Shown: positions 51,366 to 60,904 of the stretch, in pieces | Numbering within the stretch: the first letter of the stretch is position 1 | How the letters are laid out: the number at the start of each line of letters is the position of its first letter | Assembly: GCA_963787655.1 (NCBI GenBank) | Contig: CAWBDY010000005.1 | Span: 505,495 to 569,494 of the forward strand | Length of the DNA: 64,000 bases | Reading direction: 5' to 3' | From: an uncultured Gammaproteobacteria bacterium | Lineage (GTDB): Bacteria > Pseudomonadota > Gammaproteobacteria > Steroidobacterales > Steroidobacteraceae | The notes under the pieces: model-generated | Databases searched by the model: none | The model's input: only the letters and a program-made list of their open reading frames with translations | What the model was told of the DNA's origin: nothing | Translations under genes and position numbers: made by a program

Positions 51366-52691
51366 TCAGTTCAGCGCCAGCGCTTCCTGCAGCGCGCGCT
51401 CGGTGAGTTGCAGCGCCTCATCTACGTGGGCGCGGTTGATCATGAGCGGCGGAATGAAGCGCAGGGTACTCACTCCGCAGGCCAGCAGCAGCAGCCCGTT
51501 GTGGAAGGCGCGTGTCAGTACGGCATCGCACAGGGCACGGGCCGGCGCCTTGGAGGCGCGATCGCTCACCAGCTCTACGCCGATCATCAGTCCCTTGCCA
51601 CGCACATCGCCGATGCAGGGGAAGCGCTGCTGCAGCTCGCGCAGCCGCGCCATGAAATACTCGCCGACCGCCGCGGCGTTGGCGGCGTACTCGTGCTGCA
51701 CCAGCTCGAGTGTCGCGAGTGCCGCCGCGCAGCACAGCGGGTTGCCGCCGAAGGTGTTGCCGTGGGCGCCGCGCTTCCATTTCTCCATGTGCCGGCGGCG
51801 CGCCACCACCAGGCCCATCGGCAGGCCGGAGGCGAGCCCCTTGGCCAGCGTCATGATGTCGGGTGCGACGCCCCAGTGCTCGCTGGCAAACATCTTGCCG
51901 GTGCGGCCGATGCCGCATTGCACCTCATCGAAGATCAGCAGGATGCCGTGCCGGTCGCACAGCGCGCGCAGCCCGGGGAGGAAGCTGTCCGGCGGCACGA
52001 GGTAGCCGCCCTCGCCCTGAATCGGCTCGACCAGGACGGCCGCCACTTCACTCGGCGGCACATTGCTCTGAAACAGCATCTTCTCGATGTAATCCAGGAC
52101 TGCCTGTCCCTGGTCGGCGCCGGCGAACAGCGGCCGGTACATGTTTGGATACGGCACGTGCGTGACGCCTGGCATGGTCGGGAAGAACCCAGCCTGCTGC
52201 GTGTACTTGCTCGCGGTGAAGGCGAGCGAGCCCATCGAGCGGCCGTGAAAGCCGCCGAGAAAACCGATGAAGCGCGGCCGCCCCGTCACGTAGCGCGCGA
52301 GCTTGAGCGCGCCTTCCACCGACTCGGTGCCGCTCTGGCACACCAGCACCTGCACCGGTTCGTGCAGCGGATTCAGCGCGTTGATCTTCTCGCCGACCTG
52401 CGTCATGCGCTCGTGCCAGTAGTCGGACGAGATGTGCAGGAAGTCATCGGCGGCGTCCTTGATCGCCTGCACCACCTGCGGGTGAGCGTGACCGGTACTG
52501 CACACGCCGATGCCGCTCATGAAGTCCAGATAGCGGTTGCCGTCTACATCCCACACCTCAACGCCGCGTCCTTTGGCCATGACGAACGGATAGTCGCGCG
52601 GGTAGGAGGGTGTCGTGACCGCGCGGTCGCGCGCCAGGAGCGCCTGCGCCTTCGGACCGGGCAGGGGCGTATGAATGTGCGATGTGGGCAT
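51366..52691 (-). CDS. Class III aminotransferase (4-aminobutyrate / omega-amino-acid aminotransferase-like)
   Basis: Motifs seen: LDFMSGIGVCSTGHAHP, EPIQGEGG, FDEVQCGIGRTGKMF, MTLAKGLASG (PLP lysine). Confidence 0.85.
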   Translation of the reverse strand: MPTSHIHTPLPGPKAQALLARDRAVTTPSYPRDYPFVMAKGRGVEVWDVDGNRYLDFMSGIGVCSTGHAHPQVVQAIKDAADDFLHISSDYWHERMTQVGEKINALNPLHEPVQVLVCQSGTESVEGALKLARYVTGRPRFIGFLGGFHGRSMGSLAFTASKYTQQAGFFPTMPGVTHVPYPNMYRPLFAGADQGQAVLDYIEKMLFQSNVPPSEVAAVLVEPIQGEGGYLVPPDSFLPGLRALCDRHGILLIFDEVQCGIGRTGKMFASEHWGVAPDIMTLAKGLASGLPMGLVVARRRHMEKWKRGAHGNTFGGNPLCCAAALATLELVQHEYAANAAAVGEYFMARLRELQQRFPCIGDVRGKGLMIGVELVSDRASKAPARALCDAVLTRAFHNGLLLLACGVSTLRFIPPLMINRAHVDEALQLTERALQEALALN

Positions 52692-52715
52692 GTCAGCTCC
52701 TCGGGCCGCCATGGA

Positions 52716-53513
52716 TCACGATGGCAGGCTGATGTGAACGGGCCCGGCGTGCGCGGCGCGCGTGCGCGCCTGCAGCTCGCGCAGGCAAGCCAGTTCCGCG
52801 GGCTGCGGATAGGGCAGAACTTCCATCTGCGCGGCGAGCTGCAGCGGCCAGCCGGTGGCGGCGCGAGCCGCTTCGACCGTCACGCCCGGATATAGCGCGC
52901 ACAACTGCAGCTCCTCGGTCTGCGGATGGGGCCGCAGGATCCCGAGGTCGGTGATCACCGCGCGCGGTCCGCCGCCGGGCGAACCGTCCGCGCGGCGCGC
53001 ACCCGAACCTGCGAGGTAACCGCACGAGGTGCGAAACTCCAGCCGCGACACGAAGCTGCGTGGGCTCTGTTTCATGACGATCAGCACCTCGCGCGCGTGC
53101 GTCATGATCTCCGGCGCACCGCCGCTGCCGGGCAAGCGCACCGTGGGGTGCGCATAGTCGCCGATCACGGTGCTGTTGAGATTGCCGAAGCGATCGATCT
53201 GCGCTGCACCCAGGAAGCCGACATCGATGCGGCCGCGCTGCAGGTAATGGGCAAAAATCTCCGGAAGCGGTACCACGCAGGTAGCCGTTTCCGCGAGCTC
53301 CCCGTCGCCGATCGACAGCGGCAGTACCGCCGGGCGCGTGCCCACCGTGCCGGACTCGTAGATCAGCACGATGTCGGGGGCATGCATCAGGCGCGCAAGG
53401 TTGCAGGCAGCGCTCGGCAGGCCGATGCCGACGAAGCACACGGCGCCGTTGCGCAGCTGGTGAGCGGCCGTCACCGTCATCAGCTCATCCGGCGTGCACG
53501 GCGCGCCGCTCAC
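52716..53513 (-). CDS. CoA-transferase subunit B (family I, glutaconate / 3-oxoacid CoA-transferase-like)
   Basis: GTG overlaps the subunit A stop (GTGA). Pattern seen: FVGIGLPSAACNLA, LIYESGTVG, AAQIDRFGNLNST, GSGGAPE. Confidence 0.75.
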   Translation of the reverse strand: MSGAPCTPDELMTVTAAHQLRNGAVCFVGIGLPSAACNLARLMHAPDIVLIYESGTVGTRPAVLPLSIGDGELAETATCVVPLPEIFAHYLQRGRIDVGFLGAAQIDRFGNLNSTVIGDYAHPTVRLPGSGGAPEIMTHAREVLIVMKQSPRSFVSRLEFRTSCGYLAGSGARRADGSPGGGPRAVITDLGILRPHPQTEELQLCALYPGVTVEAARAATGWPLQLAAQMEVLPYPQPAELACLRELQARTRAAHAGPVHISLPS

Positions 53514-54358
53514 GCCGCGACCCCCAGGCGGCGCAGCTGCGCGGCGTGATCGGCGACTTCCAGCACCTGCGCGCGCATCCAGGCAGTGAAGCTCTCGCGC
53601 TCGCGCGCGATTTCGTCCCAGGCGCGGTAGAAGCTGTTGTCGCGCGCATAGTAACCGTGCGCGTACGAGGGATAGGCGCCGCCCGGTACCACGCTGGCGG
53701 CGGTGATCAGCCAGGCCGGCAAAACCACGGCATTGACCTCGGAGCGCAGCGTTTCGACCTGTTCTTCCACCGTCACCAGCACACAGCGCGCCGCCATGGC
53801 CGCCTCCTTGGTGGCGCCCAGAATGCCGCGCAGCAGCACGTTGCCGGCGGCATCGATCTGCTGCGCATGCAGTATGGTGACGTCCGGGTTGATGGCCGGT
53901 ACGGCGTTGAGCGGCGCGTCGCTGAACGGGCAGCGCAGCAGCCGCTGGCGCCGCTGCGGCAGGTGCCACAGGTCCGACTCGGCGAAATGACGCAGGATGC
54001 CGCAGGGCAGGCCGCTGGCACCGGCCTGGTAGGCGACCGCCATCTCGGCATGGGTGAACTCGTTCAACGCGAGCGGCCGCGGCCAGGCCTTCTCGACGGC
54101 ATCGCGCAAGCGGTGCAGCGATCCGACACCCGGATTGCCGCCCCATGAGAACGTCAGGCGCGCAGCGCAGCCCATGCCGATCATCTGGTCGTACACCAGA
54201 TCCGGCGTCATGCGGATCAGATGCAGCTCGCGGCGCTGTTGACGGATGATCTCGTGCGCCGCGGCGAAAGGGATCAGGTGCGTGAAGCCCTCGAGCGCGA
54301 CGCTGTGACCGTCGCGCACGTGCGCAGCGATGGCATCGGCGAGCGGCAGCAGCTGCAT
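53510..54358 (-). CDS. CoA-transferase subunit A
   Basis: Start MQLLPLADAIAAHVRDGHSVALEGF. Pattern seen: ILHAQQIDAAGNVLL, typical of subunit A. Confidence 0.75.
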   Translation of the reverse strand: MQLLPLADAIAAHVRDGHSVALEGFTHLIPFAAAHEIIRQQRRELHLIRMTPDLVYDQMIGMGCAARLTFSWGGNPGVGSLHRLRDAVEKAWPRPLALNEFTHAEMAVAYQAGASGLPCGILRHFAESDLWHLPQRRQRLLRCPFSDAPLNAVPAINPDVTILHAQQIDAAGNVLLRGILGATKEAAMAARCVLVTVEEQVETLRSEVNAVVLPAWLITAASVVPGGAYPSYAHGYYARDNSFYRAWDEIARERESFTAWMRAQVLEVADHAAQLRRLGVAA

Positions 54359-54362
54359 CGCT

Positions 54363-55931
54363 TTACTCGACCACGGTCTGCGACTGCTCACGCAGGTACT
54401 GGGGCAGGTAATAAAACGAGGCGATGGCCTTGCCGGTGTTGCCCGAGCCTTTCCAGCCGCCAAATGGCTGGTAGCCGGGCCAGGCGCCCGTGGTCGCGCC
54501 CTGCGGCCGGTTGGCGTACGTCACGCCCGCCTCGATGTTCTCCTGGAACCAGCCGATCTCGTCGGCGCCGCCGTAGAAACCGGCCGTCAGCCCGAGCGGC
54601 GAATCGTTGGCGAGGCGCATCGCCTCATCGTTCGAGGCCACCCGCTGCAGCATGAGGATCGGCAGGAACATCTCCTGCTGCCACAGCGGATGTTGCGGCG
54701 CACTCTCAGCAAGCGTCGGCTGCACGTAGAAACCGTCGGCGAGTGCCCCCTCGCGCAGCTGTTCCCCGCCGCAGATGACGTGGCTGCCAGGGCTGCGCAG
54801 TGCCGCGCAGTAGCGCGCGAAATCGTCGTAGCCGGACCGTGTTGCCACCGGTCCCAGCCAGTTGAGCCGCTGCGCCGGATCGCCGATAGGCAGCGCCGCA
54901 GTGTGCGAGATGAGCTTGTCGATGAGCGCATCGGCGACCTCGCGATGCACGTACAGACGCGACAGCGCCGAGCATTTCTGGCCGCCCATGCCGAACGCGG
55001 AACGCACGATCCCGGCGGCGGCGCGTTCCAGGTCCGCCGCCGGCGTGACGATGCAGGCGTTCTTACCGCCCATCTCCGCGATGCACGGACGCGGATAGCG
55101 ACCCGACTGCAGGCTGGCCGCGATCTGCCGGCCGACCCCGTAGGAGCCGGTGAAGGTGACTCCGGCGGTGCGCGCGTGCTCCACGAGCGCCGCGCCGATG
55201 GCGCTGCTGGAGCCGCTCAGGTAATTGAAGACCCCGGCAGGCACACCGGCGTCGCGGATGCAGTCCGCCAGCAGGCGCCCGGCCCACGGCGTGGCGGTCG
55301 CGCCTTTGAGCACCACCGTGTTGCCGGTAATGAGCGCCGCCGCAACCGGCCCCGCGGCAAGTGCGATCGGGAAGTTGAACGGCGTGATCACCACCCAGGC
55401 GCCGTAGGGCTTGAGGATGCTGCGGTTGCGCGACACGTGACCGGTGAGCGGATCGTTGGGCAGCGTGCGATCAAAGCCCTGTGCGTGTTCGAAGTCGTCG
55501 CAGTAGGTGGCGAAGAAGTCGGCCGCCTCCTGCGCTTCCCCCAGTGCTTCCATGCGGTTCTTGCCGACTTCCAGCGTCAGCGCCGCGGCGATGTCGTAGA
55601 CGCGTTCCTCGATCAGCTGGCCGACCCGCCGCAGCAGCCGGGCGCGCTGCGCCAGCGGCGTGCGCCGCCAGGCCGGGAAGGCGGCGTGGGCCGCCTGCAT
55701 GGCCGTGTCCACGTCGGCCGCGGTCGCTGCGGCGAACTGCCCGAGCTGCTGCCCCTGGCGCGCGGGATTGCGCTGCCGGAGCGCCTCTTTGGTGCGGCGC
55801 TCTTCACCGGCGATGTACAGCGGATGATAGGCATCCAGAGTGGCGAGTACGCGGGTCATGGCGGCCTCGAAGCGGCCGTGCAGTTCCTCCGGCGGATTGA
55901 ACATCGTGGCGTACGTGAGCTTGAAACTCAT
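54363..55931 (-). CDS. Aldehyde dehydrogenase, 1-pyrroline-5-carboxylate / glutamate-semialdehyde-dehydrogenase-like
   Basis: Start MSFKLTYATMFNPPEELH. Motifs seen: FTGSYGVG, IAEMGGKNA, GQKCSALSR (catalytic Cys), QEMFLPIL. Confidence 0.85.
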   Translation of the reverse strand: MSFKLTYATMFNPPEELHGRFEAAMTRVLATLDAYHPLYIAGEERRTKEALRQRNPARQGQQLGQFAAATAADVDTAMQAAHAAFPAWRRTPLAQRARLLRRVGQLIEERVYDIAAALTLEVGKNRMEALGEAQEAADFFATYCDDFEHAQGFDRTLPNDPLTGHVSRNRSILKPYGAWVVITPFNFPIALAAGPVAAALITGNTVVLKGATATPWAGRLLADCIRDAGVPAGVFNYLSGSSSAIGAALVEHARTAGVTFTGSYGVGRQIAASLQSGRYPRPCIAEMGGKNACIVTPAADLERAAAGIVRSAFGMGGQKCSALSRLYVHREVADALIDKLISHTAALPIGDPAQRLNWLGPVATRSGYDDFARYCAALRSPGSHVICGGEQLREGALADGFYVQPTLAESAPQHPLWQQEMFLPILMLQRVASNDEAMRLANDSPLGLTAGFYGGADEIGWFQENIEAGVTYANRPQGATTGAWPGYQPFGGWKGSGNTGKAIASFYYLPQYLREQSQTVVE

Positions 55932-57292
55932 GCGGTCATCCTCCGGCTGCCGGCCCCACCGGCAGCTCTGCCAACAGGCCGTCCAACAGGTCGAGCGCAT
56001 CGGCAAGCTCGCGCTCGCTGATCACCAAGCGGCGGCGCCAGCAGCAGCAGATTGCCGCGCGCGGCGAACGACACACCCTGTGCCAGTGCGCGGGCGAGCA
56101 GTCCCTTGAGCGCCGGGTGCAGTTGCGGCCATGGCGCCAGCGGCTCGCGGCTGAGGCGATCGCGCACCAGTTCGATCACCGCGAACAGACCATGTCCGCC
56201 GCGAACTTCGCCAATCACCGCGTGGCGCTGCTGCAGGCGCTGCAGCTGCTGCAGCATGGCAGCCCCCAGACGTCGCGAGCGTGCGATCAGATCCTCATCG
56301 CGGTAGGTTGCGAGCGCCGCCACGCCTGCGGCACATGACAGCGGGTGGCCGCAGTAGGTGAGGCCGGTGAACAGCATCTGCGAGTCGAGGCGCCGGGCGA
56401 TCGGCGCCGACAGCACCACGGCCCCGAGCGGCAGGTACCCACCGGTGAGCCCCTTGGCGAGCGTCATGAGATCCGGACGCGCCTGCTCACCGTAGCGCTG
56501 CCAGGCAAACCACTCACCACAGCGCCCGAACGCGCTCATGACCTCGTCGGCAATCAGCCACACGCCGCAGGCGCGCGTGACCTCGCGCAACGCGGGCCAG
56601 AAACTGTCCGGCGCCACGATGCCGTTCGTGCCCGCGTTCGGCTCCATGAGCACTGCCGCCACCGTCGCGGCGCCCCGTTCGTGCACCAGCGTGGCAATGT
56701 GCGCCGCCGCCGCCTCGCCGCAGGCGCTGTCGCTGCTGGTGCCGAACGGGCAGCGATAGGCATAGGGAGGCGGCACGTGCAGTACGTGCAGGGACTGCGG
56801 GTCGATCTGCTGCGTGCGCGAGTCGCCCGACAACGCCATGGCCGCGTAGCTGGCGCCGTGATAGGAGCGCTGGCGGGTAATCACCCAGCCGTGCGGCTTG
56901 GCGGCCGCCTGGCGCGCGAATTTCACGGCATGCTCGTTGGCATCGGCACCGCCGAGGGTGAAGAACACGCGCCCGCCTTCGTAGCCGGATTGCTCGAGCA
57001 ACTGCGCGGCGAGCTGCGCGCGCGGGGCCGCGCCCCAGCTGCTGGTCACGAAACACAGTTTCTGCGCCTGAGCGCGGATCGCTTCGACCACGCGCGGGTG
57101 CTGATGACCCAGGTTGCTGCATTCGGCCAGGCTGCTCATGTCGAGGATGGAGGAACCATCGGCGGTGAATAGGCGCGCGCCGGCACCGCCCACGATAGTG
57201 GGCGCGTCCCACTCGTCCTGGATGCACCAGCTGTGCAGCACCGTCTGCTTTTCCGGAGCCGGCGTGGCGCTCGTCGTCGACGTCGCAGACAT
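55928..57292 (-). pseudogene. Class III aminotransferase; the last 30 or so codons are out of frame (insertion near 56024)
   Basis: Motifs seen: NLGHQHPRVVEAI, MEPNAGTNG, ADEVMSAFGRCGEWF, MTLAKGLTGGYLP. After NLLLLAPPL the family-typical VISERELADALDLLDGLLAEL...GG-TGA appears in another frame (CTT-G-GTG). That frame ends at 55936, just upstream of the next gene, with GGAGGA as its RBS. Confidence 0.8.
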
Positions 57293-57312
57293 TGTGCTAT
57301 TATCGAACAGCA

Positions 57313-57327
57313 ATTCGCTTTGCGAAT
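57313..57327. promoter_or_regulatory. 15-bp perfect palindrome ATTCGC-TTT-GCGAAT, candidate IclR operator
   Basis: Read directly in the AT-richer patch 21-35 nt upstream of the ATG at 57292, within the region divergent to the IclR gene. Confidence 0.4.
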
Positions 57328-57514
57328 CACATTAGACGCACGTGCCCGCGCCGTCAAACTCACCGTATGCGGTGGCCGCCCGCAGCCTACAGCTGATCGG
57401 TCTGCTTGCGGACCACAACTCCTGCGCGTTGCGCGGGCCGGTGTGTGCGCGCGGCGCACGGCGCACGGGCCTGGCGGCCGGGCGGCACCGGTGAAGGCGC
57501 ACACCGCCGGCGCC

Positions 57515-58333
57515 ATGACGGCGCCGCAGCCGGCGGCCGCGGAATTTGCGCACAGCCCCGACTACGTACAGTCACTGCATCGCGGGCTGGCGGTGATCAA
57601 GGTGTTCGACTCGGCGCACGCCTCGCTGACGCTTTCGGAGGTGGCCGTGCGCGCCGGGTTCTCACGCGCTGTGGCGCGGCGCCTGCTGATGACGCTCGAG
57701 TATCTCGGCTACGCAATGCGCCAGGAGCGCAAGTTCTCCCTGACGCCGCGCATCCTGGAGCTGGGCTTCAGTTACCTTTCTGCGCTCGGCGTGCCGGCGC
57801 TGGCGCAGCCGTTCATGGAACAGGTCGCCCGCGAGATCGATGAAAGCTGCTCGCTCGCCGTGCTGGATGCCTACGATATCGTGTACGTACAGCGCGTCGC
57901 GGTACGCAAGGTGATGTCCATCACTCTCGGCATCGGCGCGCGGCTGCCGGCTTTCTGCAGCTCGATGGGGCGCATGCTGCTGGCCGGTCTGGATGAAGAA
58001 GCGCTGGAGCGCTGGCTGCGCGGCCTGCGCGCGCAGGCGTGCACGCGCTTCACGCTCACCGACAAGGCGGAACTGCGCAGCGCCGTGCAGCGCGCCCGCT
58101 CGCAGGGCTACAACTACGTCGAGCAGGAGCTGCAAGAGGGGCTGTGCTCGATCGCGGTGCCGGTGCGCGACGCCCGCGGCCAGTGCATCGCGGCGCTGAA
58201 TGTCGGCATGCCGTATCGGGTGGGCGCCAGGGCGCACGCCCTCAAGAAGGTGCTGCCGGTGCTGCGCGCCGGCGCACACAAGATCGAGCGTAGCCTGCTC
58301 AGCCGGCCGCCCGAGGCCGTGACGCTGCGCTAG
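57515..58333 (+). CDS. IclR-family transcriptional regulator (PcaR/PobR-like)
   Basis: Motifs seen: SLHRGLAVIKVF, the HTH LTLSEVAVRAGFSRAVARRLLMTLEYLGY, and the effector domain GLCSIAVPVRDARGQCIAALNV. Confidence 0.88.
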   Translation: MTAPQPAAAEFAHSPDYVQSLHRGLAVIKVFDSAHASLTLSEVAVRAGFSRAVARRLLMTLEYLGYAMRQERKFSLTPRILELGFSYLSALGVPALAQPFMEQVAREIDESCSLAVLDAYDIVYVQRVAVRKVMSITLGIGARLPAFCSSMGRMLLAGLDEEALERWLRGLRAQACTRFTLTDKAELRSAVQRARSQGYNYVEQELQEGLCSIAVPVRDARGQCIAALNVGMPYRVGARAHALKKVLPVLRAGAHKIERSLLSRPPEAVTLR

Positions 58334-58354
58334 ACGACCTGCGTTGCACCAGCC

Positions 58355-60882
58355 GTGAGCACATTGCGAGCCATCATGGCGCTGGCCCTGGTTACGCTGC
58401 CGGGCGCCTGGGCTGCGGCGCCGCAGGCAGTGCAGCCCCCGGCCATCGACCTGCCGCACTCTTATTACTACCGCGAGATGTTTCTGCCGCAGCTCACCGC
58501 AGGACCGAGCAGTCTGGCCTGGTCGCCCGACTCGCGTGAGCTGGTGTATTCGATGGCCGGCTCGCTGTGGCGCCAGAAAGTCGATTCGACCGAGGCGCTG
58601 CAGCTCACCGACGAGCGCGGCTACGACTACCAGCCGGACTGGTCGCCGGACGGGCGCTACATCGTGTATGCGCGCGATAGCGGGCAGGCGACCGAACTGT
58701 GGCTGCTCGACCTTCAGCTCGGGCCGCAGTTCGCAGCTCACGCACGGCGGCGCGGTCAACGTCGAACCGCGCTGGTCGCCGGACGGGCAGCAGCTCGTCT
58801 ACGTTTCCAGCGCCTTGCATCGCCATTTCCATGTGTTCGTGGCGGCGTTGCACGATGGCGCGCTAGGCGAGCCGCAGCTCTTGAGCGGCGAGAACAAGAG
58901 CGCGCTGCCGCGCTACTACTACAGCCCTTACGATCACGAGATAAACCCGACCTGGACGCGCGACGGGCGCTCGATCGTGTTCGTCTCCAACCGCGATCGC
59001 ATCCACGGCACCGGCGGGATGTGGCGCATGCCAGCCGTGCCGGGCGGCGCGGCAGTCGAGCTGCGCTACGAGGAGACCAACTGGCAGGCGCGGCCGGACT
59101 TCTCGCCCGACGGCCAGCGTATCGTCTACAGCTCCTACCTGGGACGCAGCTGGCTGCAACTGTGGCTCATGCCGGGCAACGGCGGCGAGCCGTTCGCGCT
59201 CACCTTCGGCGACTGGGACAACACCAATCCGCGCTGGTCGCCGGACGGTCGGCAGATCGCCTTCATCTCCAACCGCAATGGTGGCACGCAGCTGCGCCTG
59301 CTGCAGATGCCAGGCGCTGCAGAGCGCGAACTGCAGGTATTGCAGCGGCGCCGACTGCACCCGGGCGGCATGGTCCATCTGCAGATTCGCGACGGTCACG
59401 GGCAGCCGACGCCGGCGCGCGTGGCGGTGAACGATGCGGCCGGGCGCGCCTACGCACCGGCGGCGGCCTGGATGCAGCATGCGGAATTCGACCGCAACGA
59501 GCAGCCATTCGAGGCGCGCTACTTCCACAGCGCGGGCGATGACTTCATCGAAGTGCCGGCCGGCAGCGTCGACGTCTTCGTGATGAAAGGCCTCACGCGT
59601 ACGCCGGTGCGGCGGCGCGTGGCGGTGAGTGCAGGTTCATCGACCGATGTACAGGTCGCGCTGCCGGAGGAACCATGGCAGGCGGCTGCCGGGCAGCGCT
59701 TCGTCAGCGCCGACGTGCACGTGCACATGAACTACGGCGGTCACTACCGCAACACCCCCGCGCATCTGGTGCTGCAGGCGCAGGCCGAGGGACTGGACAT
59801 CGTCGAGAACCTGATCGTCAACAAGGAGCAGCGCATCCCCGACATCGCCTACGACGGGCGCGGCGTCGATCCTGCATCGCGCGCAGACGCGCTCGTGGTC
59901 CACGGCCAGGAGTTTCATACCAGCTACTGGGGGCATCTGGGGCTGCTCGGCATCGACCACATCCTGCTGCCCGGATACGCCGGCTATCCCAACACCGCCG
60001 CGGCGAGCCTTGCGCCCACCAACGCCGACGTTGCCGATCTGGCGCATGCCCGGGGTGCACTGGTGGGTTACGTACACCCATTCGAAGAGGAACCGCAGCC
60101 GCTCACGAAGCCGGCACACACCGATGCGGACGAGCTGCCGGTCGATGTGGCCCTGGGCAAGGTCGACTACATGGAGATCGTCTCGTTCGCGGATCACCAG
60201 GCGACGGCATCGGTCTGGTATCGGCTGCTCAACCTGGGATTTCATATACCGGCCGCCGGCGGCACCGACGCGATGGCGGACTACGCCACGCTGCGCGGGC
60301 CGGTCGGACTGAATCGCGTCTACGCCGCGGTACCCGACGGGCCGCTCAGCAGCGCCGCGTGGCTGCAGGCGCTGCGGGCCGGGCGCACCTTCGCAACCAA
60401 TGGGCCGCTGCTGAACTTCACGCTGGGCGGTGCAGCCGTGGGCGCGACGCTGCAGCTGGAGCGGGCCGGCAGCGCAGCGATTCACGGCTGCCGTGCGCTC
60501 CATCGTGCCGGTCGATCATGCGCAGATCGTGTGCAACGGCCGCGTCGTGCGCGAGCTGGCGCTCGCGGATAAGCGCGATGCCGTGACGGTGAGCGGGACG
60601 CTGCCGCTGCGTGCCAGCGGCTGGTGCGTGCTGCGGGCGTTCACGGCGCACGCCGAATATCCGGTGCTCGACAATTTCGTGTACGCGACTACCAGCCCCG
60701 TCTACGTGTCGTTGCACGGCGGGACGCCGCGCTCGCCAGCGGATGCGCGCTTTTTCGAGGCGTGGATCGACCATCTGCTGGCGACGACCGCCGCCTATCC
60801 GGACTGGAACTCTCAGGCCGAGAAGGCCGGCGTGCTGCAGCAGCTGAAGGATGCCCGGGCGGTCTACCAGCGCCTCGAGTGA
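58355..60882 (+). pseudogene. Secreted TolB-like beta-propeller fused to a CehA/McbA-type (PHP-like) metallohydrolase domain; two frameshifts (near 58718 and 60477)
   Basis: Three ORFs in series: 58355..59542, 58536..60572 and 60430..60882. PD40 repeats are present (WSPDGRYIVY, RWSPDGQQLVY, FSPDGQRIVY, RWSPDGRQIAF), followed by ADVHVHMNYGGH. The junctions read CAG-C-TCG and GCA-G-CGA. Confidence 0.8.
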
Positions 60883-60904
60883 CGGGCGAGTGCGGCCGCG
60901 GCCG

